A stretch of DNA of 64,000 nucleotides, taken from NCBI GenBank assembly GCA_964530955.1, contig CAZHCL010000001.1:32001-96000 (forward strand). The letters run 5' to 3'. Shown piece by piece: positions 28,556 to 37,352 of this stretch. Position numbers and translations under genes: made by a program. How positions within the stretch are numbered: position 1 is the first letter of the stretch; every line of letters starts with the position of its first letter. Origin of the DNA: Candidatus Woesearchaeota archaeon. Its GTDB lineage: Archaea > Nanobdellota > Nanobdellia > Pacearchaeales > GW2011-AR1. The notes under the pieces are model-generated. The model searched no databases and had not been told where the DNA came from. It saw only the letters and a list, made by a program, of their open reading frames with translations.

Positions 28556-29458
28556 TTAATTTCTTTTGAGTGCCTGTAATCTCAAAGCATTCTTCTTTTT
28601 CTTATTTCTTGATCTGATTACGAGCCAAACAATGATGCCTATTACTATTAGCAATACAATTATGAAGGTATAATTTGTACTTTTTTGGTCTTTTATTCTT
28701 CCGGTGAATAACTCTGGATCAAAATTAACTGCCTTTGTTAATTCTCTTCTGACTCCGATATTATCATTGTATTTAATGTCTAAGGAAATAGCTCCTTTCT
28801 TTGGAATTCCCTCGAAGGTGAATGAAGTATCATCTCCACTATTAAAACTGCCCAAGATATTTCTTGTATTGCCCTTAACACTGAAGTTTTCCTGATTAGG
28901 TAAATCAACAGTCAATCCTTCAACATTATTTTTTCCTATGTTCAGAATTTCAAAAGTTGCGGTCTGAGTAGTATAGTCATAGTCTTTTATTGAAACTTCA
29001 AAATCACTTTTTGTATCATTTACCGCTAAGTTTAATTTCTTAAGAAAATATGTTGGCTGGGCTACTTGATTGTTTGGAGAGTATTTTACCCATAATTCGT
29101 TATCTCCGTTTAGTGCTGTTTCATTGACTCTTACTTTAAATGGAACAAGTGCAAAAGAACCATAATTACTTACATATGTACCTGATTGCAGAATCAGGCT
29201 GGTATTTGCTCCAGGATCAAAACTTATAGGATAATCGTTAATTAGTTCGAAATAAAAATTTCCGCAATTTGAATTATCAAGACCATCTACCTGAAATACA
29301 AGTTTTACATACTCTCCAGGTATTGCTGGATAGGGATCTTGATTAAGAAGACTTATTGAAGGATTACATGCACCTACATTTGCCTGAGAAGCGCCAGTCA
29401 TCCCAATCAACATTGCAGTTGCAATAAATATAATTGCGAAATTTATCACCTTTTTCAT
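28556..29458 (-). CDS. S-layer-domain (COG1361-like) membrane-anchored surface protein
   Basis: Signal peptide, QDPYPAIPGEYVKL, Ig-like beta-rich repeats, C-terminal TM plus basic tail. Confidence 0.8.
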   Translation of the reverse strand: MKKVINFAIIFIATAMLIGMTGASQANVGACNPSISLLNQDPYPAIPGEYVKLVFQVDGLDNSNCGNFYFELINDYPISFDPGANTSLILQSGTYVSNYGSFALVPFKVRVNETALNGDNELWVKYSPNNQVAQPTYFLKKLNLAVNDTKSDFEVSIKDYDYTTQTATFEILNIGKNNVEGLTVDLPNQENFSVKGNTRNILGSFNSGDDTSFTFEGIPKKGAISLDIKYNDNIGVRRELTKAVNFDPELFTGRIKDQKSTNYTFIIVLLIVIGIIVWLVIRSRNKKKKNALRLQALKRN

Positions 29459-29527
29459 ATATTAATTTAGATAATAATTGTTTTAAACCTTTCTATGACT
29501 TATATTGACGACAAAAATAAAATTTGT

Positions 29528-31087
29528 TTAAGCCTTCGTGTTATTTATATAGGCTATTTCGGCAGCAGGCAAGACTTTGTTGTAAATTCTTATCTGGTCA
29601 ATTGTTCCATTGAAATATTCACTTCCAAAGTTCGTTCTTCCTATCATCAAATAGGCACTAGAATCGATAGGAGGTGAATTTGTTAATGAAGAATTAGCTA
29701 CATTGACTCCGTCGAGGTAAAACTGCACTGCTGAAGAGCTGACTACCCATGCTCCATGATGCCAAACTCCTATACTCGGACTTACGCCTGATTCTTTCCA
29801 CCCGTTAGGAGAAGAGTCCCAGTAATCAAAGAAGTTACCTATAGCATTTCTTCTCGCAATGAAGTTGACTCTGTTTTTAGTTGAGCCACCAGCTATTGAA
29901 AGAAGACCATAATGCTGATTTTGTATTCCAGAATTGATTCTGAACCAAATTGATACTGTAAAATTACTCTGCCCTAAGTTCGAAAACACCGGAGAAGATG
30001 ACACGTTTATGTACTGATCTACTCCATTGAAATAATATGTCCCACCAGATATTCCTCCTCCGAATGGAAGGCTCGTTATTCCTGTGTTATTGTATGTTGA
30101 GCCATTAATTCCATTTCCGGAATAATCAGTTACTGTTGATGAACCTAAGTCTTCAGGGTAATAGGCAACCAGTGAACTCGTTAAATCGTATAGTGAATAT
30201 GTTGTACTACCTACGCCAGAAGCAATTTGGAAAAGAGTATTATTAGTGGAACTCGTTGCAATTACTTCAAAAGTGTAATTGGTTCCATTCTTCAATCCTA
30301 TTATTCTAGCTGGTAAAAATGATGACAAGGGCAACATGTTTCCAAAGGTCTGTACGCTCATATTTGGAGTTGATAAATAATGTACTCCACCGTCAGTGGA
30401 AAGATAAATGTCATAGGTATCTGCGCCAGTTGCGTTGTTCCAAGTCAGATCAATTTCAGAAGCTGAAACATTTGTTGCTACTAAACCGAATGGATTTGTT
30501 CCTGGTCCATTCCCGCTTTGATTGGTGTTATTCCCTCCATTATTACTTCCATTGTTAGGAGGATTAGGATTTCCTTGAGGATTATTATTTGTTAGTGAAA
30601 GACTGGGATTACAATTTATTTTCTGTGATTGAGGACAGTTGATGATATTTCCATTTGTTCCTCTGAGAGTTACTGTGACGGCAACTGAATCAGGACTTGA
30701 AGTAGAACCAAGATATCCTCCTGCAACCTGTAAGGGATCAGACAAATCATAACTTCTAGTGTCCAAAATATTTGGCAAGGAAAGAACGCTCCTCACTTCA
30801 GTTATTGATGATTTGTAGAATATAAGACTTAAATTAATTATATTTCCGGGTGCGCTGTTTCTTTTTACAAGGACTACTGGGTTGGCAGGACCAGGAGAAG
30901 TAGAATTATATGAACATTTAGAGGTGACAACTTGAATTTGCTGGCACGAAACTGAAGATGAAATTTGGTTTGCTCCTTTATTGACTGTATTTAAAACAAC
31001 AACACCGATTATCGCAATAGCGACAACAACAAGCAAGATTACCAATACTGTAGAAATTACACTACTTATCCCCTTTTTTGACATCAT
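29528..31087 (-). CDS. Class III signal-peptide (pilin-like) protein with FN3 and LamG/concanavalin-A-like domains
   Basis: KKG|ISSVISTVLVILL; N/G/P linker; FN3 (IDLTWNNATGADTYDIY...YTFEV); LamG (FTVSIW, WHHGAW, FYLDG, FNGTIDQIRIYNKVL). Confidence 0.85.
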   Translation of the reverse strand: MMSKKGISSVISTVLVILLVVVAIAIIGVVVLNTVNKGANQISSSVSCQQIQVVTSKCSYNSTSPGPANPVVLVKRNSAPGNIINLSLIFYKSSITEVRSVLSLPNILDTRSYDLSDPLQVAGGYLGSTSSPDSVAVTVTLRGTNGNIINCPQSQKINCNPSLSLTNNNPQGNPNPPNNGSNNGGNNTNQSGNGPGTNPFGLVATNVSASEIDLTWNNATGADTYDIYLSTDGGVHYLSTPNMSVQTFGNMLPLSSFLPARIIGLKNGTNYTFEVIATSSTNNTLFQIASGVGSTTYSLYDLTSSLVAYYPEDLGSSTVTDYSGNGINGSTYNNTGITSLPFGGGISGGTYYFNGVDQYINVSSSPVFSNLGQSNFTVSIWFRINSGIQNQHYGLLSIAGGSTKNRVNFIARRNAIGNFFDYWDSSPNGWKESGVSPSIGVWHHGAWVVSSSAVQFYLDGVNVANSSLTNSPPIDSSAYLMIGRTNFGSEYFNGTIDQIRIYNKVLPAAEIAYINNTKA

Positions 31088-31195
31088 CTTACTATTTTTT
31101 ATGGACTATTCTCTTTATAAAACTTTCTCAGAAGCTAGTCTTGTTGAATTTAATGCCTTCAAAAGCTATTTAAAAGTTCTTTTGCTTCAATTATT

Positions 31196-31744
31196 ATGGA
31201 ATCATTTTATTTCAACAGAATTAAGGAATTAAAAAAGGAAAAAGACGAACTGGAAAGAAAACTTCAGGTAGTTATAACTATTACAGGTAAAAAGGTCGAA
31301 ATTGAGGGGTCTGCAGTAAATGAGTATGAAGCAGGTATTATTTTGGAAGCCATGCAATTCGGCTTTTCATCTAAAAAGGCACTTCTACTTCTTAATGATG
31401 ATATAATATTCAAGAAGGTGCCTATAAGAAGTTTTACAAGAAGAAAGGATATGAAGGAAGTAAGAGGAAGAGTCATAGGAAAGCAGGGAAAAACAAAAAG
31501 TACGTTAGAAGAAATATCTGGCTGCGATATATTAGTTAATGAGGAGCAAAATCAGATAGGAATTATAGGTTCTGCTCTGGAAATGGATGAAGCTACGGCA
31601 GCAATAGAGAAACTTATAAGAGGCTCAAAACAAGCGAATGTTTACAGATATTTAGAGAGAATGAATGCGGAAAAGAAAAAGATGGATTCTGACCTCGGCC
31701 TTAAGTTAAAGAAGAAGGAAGAGAAAAAGTATTCTGAAGAATAA
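31196..31744 (+). CDS. KH-domain rRNA-processing protein Dim2/Pno1
   Basis: GRVIGKQGKTKSTLEEISG (GxxG KH loop), GSKQANVY. Confidence 0.9.
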   Translation: MESFYFNRIKELKKEKDELERKLQVVITITGKKVEIEGSAVNEYEAGIILEAMQFGFSSKKALLLLNDDIIFKKVPIRSFTRRKDMKEVRGRVIGKQGKTKSTLEEISGCDILVNEEQNQIGIIGSALEMDEATAAIEKLIRGSKQANVYRYLERMNAEKKKMDSDLGLKLKKKEEKKYSEE

Positions 31745-31848
31745 TCTTTCGTGCTTCAAGCTATATAGCAATATTTATATGATTTTTAGAGAGATAGCAA
31801 TATTTAAATAACATTTTTATCTGACAAAAGTAAGTCCCCTTAGCTCAG

Positions 31849-31886
31849 ACCTTCCGAGACGCTAATTAACGTTAGGATGGGAGCAA
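31849..31886 (+). other. Non-canonical D-loop tRNA intron (position 15/16, 38 nt), relaxed BHB
   Basis: Exon GCTC pairs with intron GAGC (31881-84); 3-nt bulges AG|A and AA|T; inner helix CCTTCC/GGATGG. Confidence 0.85.
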
Positions 31887-31908
31887 TCGGTAGAGCATCT
31901 GACTGTTA

Positions 31909-31947
31909 GAGATTAACAGCAGCTTTCCGTTGGAAGGCCCTATAGAA
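31909..31947 (+). other. Canonical tRNA intron (37/38, 39 nt), BHB
   Basis: CTGT (32-35) pairs with ATAG (31942-45); bulges TA|G and AA|A. Confidence 0.9.
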
Positions 31948-31984
31948 ATCAGAGGGTCGCTGGTTCGAGTCCAGCAGGGGACGT

Positions 31985-32200
31985 TTATTTTTTAAGAAGA
32001 ATATAACCTAAAATTAATAATATAACCAGTGCAACAATTATCCAGAAAATGGTTTTACTTTTCTTTTCTCTCTTTTTTCTTTCGTCAGCCTCTGCATAAC
32101 CTTGTTCTATTGCATCTTTTCTATCCGGATCTAATCCTGCCTGTTTCTGACCTTCATATCTGAACTGCATAACTCCGCCAGTCTGAACTTGTTCTGCCAT
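31985..32200 (-). CDS. Small membrane-anchored hypothetical protein
   Basis: 71 aa with one C-terminal TM helix. Confidence 0.7.
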   Translation of the reverse strand: MAEQVQTGGVMQFRYEGQKQAGLDPDRKDAIEQGYAEADERKKREKKSKTIFWIIVALVILLILGYILLKK

Positions 32201-32240
32201 GTAATAAAATAAAATCAGACCATTATAAATATTATGAAAA

Positions 32241-32627
32241 TTAGTCTATTAATCCAGCTTCTCTTGCTTTTTCAGCAGAAAGCCTTTCTCTCCAAATAAT
32301 TGATACCCTAGAAGAATCTTCTCCATATGAATGACTCCCATAGGCAGTCCATATGGTTCTATTTCTCTTATAGATGTAGTGGTTATCGGAAGAACCATAC
32401 ATTGCATCAAGTTCTGTACTAGCAGTGAATACTAAACCTACCTTAGATAGTAAATCATCCATCCCTTCGTTATCTAATGGTCCTTTAGCTCTATTTGAAA
32501 TCTGAATTTCCAAAGCGCTTGCCCCGCTATTAGACACCATGCTAGTCACTCTTATTCCCTCAGGAGATTCGATTTTACTTTTTAATGCTGCTACTTTTCT
32601 TTGATTTAAGATAGGATATTTTACCAT
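32241..32627 (-). CDS. Hypothetical protein (orphan)
   Basis: 128-aa ORF; CTTATAAA ends 21 nt before the ATG. Confidence 0.65.
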   Translation of the reverse strand: MVKYPILNQRKVAALKSKIESPEGIRVTSMVSNSGASALEIQISNRAKGPLDNEGMDDLLSKVGLVFTASTELDAMYGSSDNHYIYKRNRTIWTAYGSHSYGEDSSRVSIIWRERLSAEKAREAGLID

Positions 32628-32707
32628 CTATTTCTTCCTTAAGAGCAATTTATAAGAATATGTGTATTAGGAAATACAAATAAATAGTCAACTTTCATTA
32701 TAAGATT

Positions 32708-33790
32708 ATGAAAAATAATGACCAACAAAAGACCGTAGTAATAGGTCTTTCTGGAGGAGTTGATTCGAGCGTGGCTGCTCTTCTACTCAAAAGAAAAGGT
32801 TATAGAGTTATAGGCGCTTTCATGAAAAACTTTTCAGACACCAAAAACCCATATACTGGTGAATGCTCATATCTTGAAGACAAAAGAATGGCTCAAAGAG
32901 TGGCTGCTCTTTTGGGAATTAGGTTTGTTGTTTTTGATTTTGAAAAAGTCTATAAAAAAGAAGTTATAGAACCAATGTTTAAAGCATATGCTAAAGGATT
33001 AACTCCTAATCCTGATATTTTATGTAATACTATTGTGAAATTTCCTCTATTCTGGAAAGAAGCTCATAAATTAGGAGCTAATTATATTGCGATGGGACAT
33101 TATGCAAGAATAATAAAGAAGAAGGGGTATGAACTTTTTTCTGGCAAAGATAAAACGAAGGACCAGTCATATTTTCTTTCTGACTTGAGCCAAAGCGACC
33201 TTGAGCATACTTTATTTCCTCTTGGAAATTTAAGCAAGAAAGAAGTAAGAAAGATAGCTAAGAAAAATAATCTTCCGAATTGGAACAAACACGGAACTGT
33301 GGGTATCTGTTTTGTCGGAAAGGTGCACATGCAATCATTTCTCAAAAATAGAATAAAAGCAAGGGAAGGAATAGTAAAAGACCCAGAGGGAAATATTATA
33401 GGAAAGCATAATGGAATTCAGTTTTACACTATTGGACAGAAGGTAGGAGAGCATATAGGTATAGAAATTAAAAAGCCTAAAGAATATTCCCAAAAAAGAT
33501 TTTACGTTGCAGATAAAATAAAACCAAACGTACTCATTGTTGCCCCCGAAAACCATCCTACTCTGAAAAAAAAGAAAGTGGAGATAAAAAAAATCCATAT
33601 CATTAATCCAAAAGAAAAGATTCCGAATAATGGCCTAAAAGCAAGGATAAGACACCTTGGTCAGCTACATTCTGGAAAACTGATAAAGAATCAATTTATT
33701 TTTGAAAGAGAAGTTGAGTCGATTGCTCCCGGTCAGTATATTGTAATTTACAATAAAGATAAAGTTATTGCTAGTGGTGAGATAAAGTAA
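32708..33790 (+). CDS. mnmA: tRNA U34 2-thiouridylase MnmA (bacterial type)
   Basis: GLSGGVDSSVAA, NPDILCN, AMGHYAR, KDQSYFL, GICFVG, FYTIGQ, IAPGQ. Confidence 0.95.
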   Translation: MKNNDQQKTVVIGLSGGVDSSVAALLLKRKGYRVIGAFMKNFSDTKNPYTGECSYLEDKRMAQRVAALLGIRFVVFDFEKVYKKEVIEPMFKAYAKGLTPNPDILCNTIVKFPLFWKEAHKLGANYIAMGHYARIIKKKGYELFSGKDKTKDQSYFLSDLSQSDLEHTLFPLGNLSKKEVRKIAKKNNLPNWNKHGTVGICFVGKVHMQSFLKNRIKAREGIVKDPEGNIIGKHNGIQFYTIGQKVGEHIGIEIKKPKEYSQKRFYVADKIKPNVLIVAPENHPTLKKKKVEIKKIHIINPKEKIPNNGLKARIRHLGQLHSGKLIKNQFIFEREVESIAPGQYIVIYNKDKVIASGEIK

Positions 33791-33793
33791 TAA

Positions 33794-34795
33794 TTAATTT
33801 TTAGCGAAGCTTTCTGCAACTAAAAGCGGAAAAACAATAGTGGCATCCGCAAAAAGCTTAACGCTCCTGGCGTTTGGAAGTATCTTTCCCCAGGAAACTG
33901 CTTCCTCTGGCAATGCGCCCGAATCGCTTCCATCATATTCTTGAGAAGTATTAATATAAACTGCATAATCTGCTCCGTTTCTAAGCATGTTTGCATTGAG
34001 TATGCTGTGCTTCACGACTCCTGCTCCAAGAATAATGACTCCGCTTTTACTCAATCCTATTGTTGTATCATTCAATCTCTTAGTATCTTCTGCAACATCA
34101 ATAATAAAATCATTATGCTTAAATTTGAAAAAATAGATGTTATCTCCTAATGCTCCGTCCGTGATTGTAGGACAAAAAACTCTTATCTTATTTTTCCACG
34201 CCCAGTAATAAATACTTTTTTCATTATTTATTTTTTCTCCCAATTTCCAGATGATGTCGCTTGGAGTGTGAAATATTCCTTTTTCTTTCTGCTCAACATA
34301 AAGCTCTTCAAGAATTGGCTGAACAAATTCTTCAAATTCCACATATCTATTGTTTGAAGCAAAAATATTTCCTATCCTGTTTATTCCTTTATTTCTTAAT
34401 TCAGCTCCTGGCGCTCTGAAATCTCCAAGAACAAAATCTCCTAGACATTTTATTATGTCTTCTTCTACTCCTCCGCCTGTTGTGACTAATACATTGACCT
34501 TTTTATTTTGAGCTAAATATCGAATAACATCTCTTAATCCAGAACTTACCATGTTTGAAGTGTATCCTAAAAAAATAAAAGAATTGTCTTTTATCATTTC
34601 ATTTGTTATTGATATTGCTTTTGAAAGATGAGATGCCTGAAAACCTGTGCTTTCAAAACTTTTGATTATTTCTTTGTAATTAATTCCTTCATTGAAATCA
34701 TATCCTTTTATGACCACGCCTTTTGCCTCTTCGCTCTTTCTTAAAAGAGATTCTCGAGCTTTTTTCTCATTATCTTTGCTATTGTTCTTAACCAT
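33794..34795 (-). CDS. dys: Deoxyhypusine synthase
   Basis: GYTSNMVSSGLR, NRIGNI, GAGVVKH, DGSDSGALPEEAVSWGK (catalytic K). Confidence 0.96.
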   Translation of the reverse strand: MVKNNSKDNEKKARESLLRKSEEAKGVVIKGYDFNEGINYKEIIKSFESTGFQASHLSKAISITNEMIKDNSFIFLGYTSNMVSSGLRDVIRYLAQNKKVNVLVTTGGGVEEDIIKCLGDFVLGDFRAPGAELRNKGINRIGNIFASNNRYVEFEEFVQPILEELYVEQKEKGIFHTPSDIIWKLGEKINNEKSIYYWAWKNKIRVFCPTITDGALGDNIYFFKFKHNDFIIDVAEDTKRLNDTTIGLSKSGVIILGAGVVKHSILNANMLRNGADYAVYINTSQEYDGSDSGALPEEAVSWGKILPNARSVKLFADATIVFPLLVAESFAKN

Positions 34796-34893
34796 GAAAA
34801 ACTCAATTTTTTTAGCTATAAAAGCCTTCTTATTTTGCTTTAATTGAGAAATAAAAAAGAAAGATATAAAAGCAGAGATACATAATAATTTTC

Positions 34894-35091
34894 ATGAATT
34901 TCTCTTTTACAAAAGCAAAAACAATTACATCAGTAATTATAGGAATAATTTTAGCTGTTTATCAAAATTTCGTTTCAACTATTTTAGGTCAGCCTACCCA
35001 ATATTATCTTTATTCAACAATGATTCTGGCAGGAATAATAGGTATGATAGTTGTTTATTTAATCTGGAGCTTAATCCAGAAGAAGAAATAA
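34894..35091 (+). CDS. Small two-TM membrane protein
   Basis: 65 aa; TATA at 34865-34872. Confidence 0.65.
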   Translation: MNFSFTKAKTITSVIIGIILAVYQNFVSTILGQPTQYYLYSTMILAGIIGMIVVYLIWSLIQKKK

Positions 35092-35096
35092 AATTT

Positions 35097-36182
35097 TTAT
35101 TTTAGTTTCTTCCTTTCAAAATCTCTTCTGGAAGTCCCGCCAAAACGCCTTGTTCTTTCTGAGAAGTTTCTGATTGCTTTTCTAAGTTCATCTGCTCCGA
35201 ATTCTGGAAAATAAACATCAGCAAAGTAAAGCTCTGCGTAAGTTGCCTGATAAGGCATTGCTCCGCTTGTTCTCATTTCTCCTGAAGTCCTTATTATCAA
35301 ATCTGGGTCGGGAATATCTGCTGAGTCAAGATAATTTTTGAATTTTTCCTCGTCTATCTTTCTAACTCCTGATTTCAGCATCTTGTTAACTGCCCTTATT
35401 ATTTCATCTCTTCCCCCATAATCAAGCATTAGTTGAACATTTAGATCGGAGTATTCTTTTGTTTCTTCTTCGAGCTCATGCAGTTCTTTGATAAGATTTT
35501 TTGGAAGTCTATCTTTTCTTCCAATATGTCTGAATCTAATTCTATGCTTATGTGCTTCTTCCTTTAATTTGTCAATTTTCTTCAAAACGAGATTGAAAAT
35601 TGCTTTAATTTCAGAACTATCTCTCTTCCAGTTTTCAGTTGAAAAACCCCAGAGTGAAAGATATTTTACCCCCAATCTTTTTGCTTCGAGAAAAATTTCC
35701 ATAATTCTTTCGTCACTCGCTGAAGTATAATGCCCGAAACTTGCATTCAATCCTCTTTCTCTTGCCCATCTTCTGTTTCCATCGGGAATAATCACAACAT
35801 GTACTGGGACACTCTTTTTGCTATCGATAACTAAAGACTTTCCAAGATTCAAAAGGCTTTTTGCCTTATCAATTACAAAGCTGTCTTCCTTTATTATATC
35901 AAATGCCGAATATCTCGCTCTTGGATTTTTCCAGAAATAATTAATTTCCTCAACGTTTGAAAAGCCAGGACTTTCCTTAAGCCAAGAAATAACATCTTCT
36001 AGCTGTTCTTTCATCCCCTGCGCAACAACAAGAACAGAACCATCTTTTCTGTTCATTACATATCCTCTTAAATTCAGTGAATCAGCATAATTTTTTATAA
36101 TGCGTCTGAAGTTTACCCCTTGAACTCTTCCTAATAACTCTATTTCTACTTCGCTCTCTATCTTTTTATAATTATTTTCCAT
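35097..36182 (-). CDS. uppS: Acylphosphatase-domain / cis-prenyltransferase (UppS) fusion
   Basis: N-terminal GRVQGVNFR and GYVMNRKDGSV; C-terminal HVVIIPDGNRRWAR, FSTENWKR, RTSGEMRTS, RRFGG; probable start ATG 36182. Confidence 0.9.
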   Translation of the reverse strand: MENNYKKIESEVEIELLGRVQGVNFRRIIKNYADSLNLRGYVMNRKDGSVLVVAQGMKEQLEDVISWLKESPGFSNVEEINYFWKNPRARYSAFDIIKEDSFVIDKAKSLLNLGKSLVIDSKKSVPVHVVIIPDGNRRWARERGLNASFGHYTSASDERIMEIFLEAKRLGVKYLSLWGFSTENWKRDSSEIKAIFNLVLKKIDKLKEEAHKHRIRFRHIGRKDRLPKNLIKELHELEEETKEYSDLNVQLMLDYGGRDEIIRAVNKMLKSGVRKIDEEKFKNYLDSADIPDPDLIIRTSGEMRTSGAMPYQATYAELYFADVYFPEFGADELRKAIRNFSERTRRFGGTSRRDFERKKLK

Positions 36183-37260
36183 TTTTTTCAGCTTCCTTTT
36201 CAAAGGCCTCCCTAAATTTTGCAAGATCATCTGTCCTTATTCTTGCTCCCGCCGCGTCATCATGTCCTCCGCCTGTTGCATTTGAAAAATTTCCAATTAT
36301 ATTAGATAGAATTAATTTAACATTCTTTCCTCTTAGTGAAATATTAGAAATTCCTCCTTTAATAAAAGCAGCAGCAATATACTTTTCTGGATAAAGGAAA
36401 CATAATTCATTGGCTATCTCTGCGCTTATACTCAAATCACCAGTATAATCAAAGAATACTACTTTTCCGGATACCTCTTCCTTTGCTTTTTGAACAAGAT
36501 AGTCATATTTCTTTTTTATTTCCGAATATCTGTTTCTAAAACTTGAGTTTGAATCAATCTCTTGGAAAATGTCTGCTGGGCCTTTGCTATTGATTAAGAA
36601 ATTTTGCAGCTGAACTACATGGGTTATTGTATCTTTTAATCCGAAGCTTATGGCTTGTGAAATTCTTCCTATTTCTGTTTTGTAATATGCTTCAAAGGGG
36701 TCTTTTATCTTTGCTTTTTTCGGCCAGAATTCAGGATATTGTTCAGAAAAGTCTTTTACAAAATCGGGCATGAAATGATCGGATATGCATCCTATGAAAG
36801 CAAGCCATAAATCCTCTTTTCTTGCAGAAATTGAATATGTCAAAAAAGTTACTGGCTCAGAACTTTTGTCTTTGCCTTTATTTTTTGTCGGATTGTAAAC
36901 ATAAATCGGACTTTCTTTTTTAATCATTTCTTCTGTTGAGGATTCACTTCCCTCTATATCATGATGATCAATCCAGACAAGAGGTATCTGCATTTTGTCA
37001 ATTTCTTCTACGAATTCTTTTGCAAGCAAGGGCTTGTCAAGAACAAATACATAGTCTGCCTTGAGTTCCTGCGCCTTTTTTGCATACTGAGGATTCAGGT
37101 CAGGATAACTTTTTACAGCGACTCCTTTGCCTCTTCCTAGATATCTTCTAAGTAAAAGGAAGCTGCAAAGACCATCTAAATCATTATCATAGTAAAATAA
37201 AGGGTTCTGTGCCTTTTGCAGATGCTCCCTTATTTCTTCAATTTGCTTGTCAGTTAGCAT
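36172..37260 (-). CDS. DHH-family phosphoesterase (RecJ/NrnA-like)
   Basis: DNDLDG, LDKP, WIDHH, GGGHDDAAGA. Confidence 0.9.
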   Translation of the reverse strand: MLTDKQIEEIREHLQKAQNPLFYYDNDLDGLCSFLLLRRYLGRGKGVAVKSYPDLNPQYAKKAQELKADYVFVLDKPLLAKEFVEEIDKMQIPLVWIDHHDIEGSESSTEEMIKKESPIYVYNPTKNKGKDKSSEPVTFLTYSISARKEDLWLAFIGCISDHFMPDFVKDFSEQYPEFWPKKAKIKDPFEAYYKTEIGRISQAISFGLKDTITHVVQLQNFLINSKGPADIFQEIDSNSSFRNRYSEIKKKYDYLVQKAKEEVSGKVVFFDYTGDLSISAEIANELCFLYPEKYIAAAFIKGGISNISLRGKNVKLILSNIIGNFSNATGGGHDDAAGARIRTDDLAKFREAFEKEAEKNGK

Positions 37261-37352
37261 GAAAAAATCAATCTCTGAAGCCTTTTAATGTTTACTAAAG
37301 ATAAATTCTACCTAGGTTAATTTTAAAAAAATAAAAAATAAAAATTGATTAA

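Larger units (their letters stand above)
31834..31983 (+). tRNA. tRNA-Asn(GTT) with two introns (15/16 and 37/38); mature length 73 nt
   Basis: Acceptor GTCCCCT/AGGGGAC+G; D-arm GCTC-AG|TCGGTA-GAGC; anticodon arm TCTGA-CTGTTA|A-TCAGA; T-arm GCTGG-TTCGAGT-CCAGC; TATA at 31803-31810. Confidence 0.93.
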
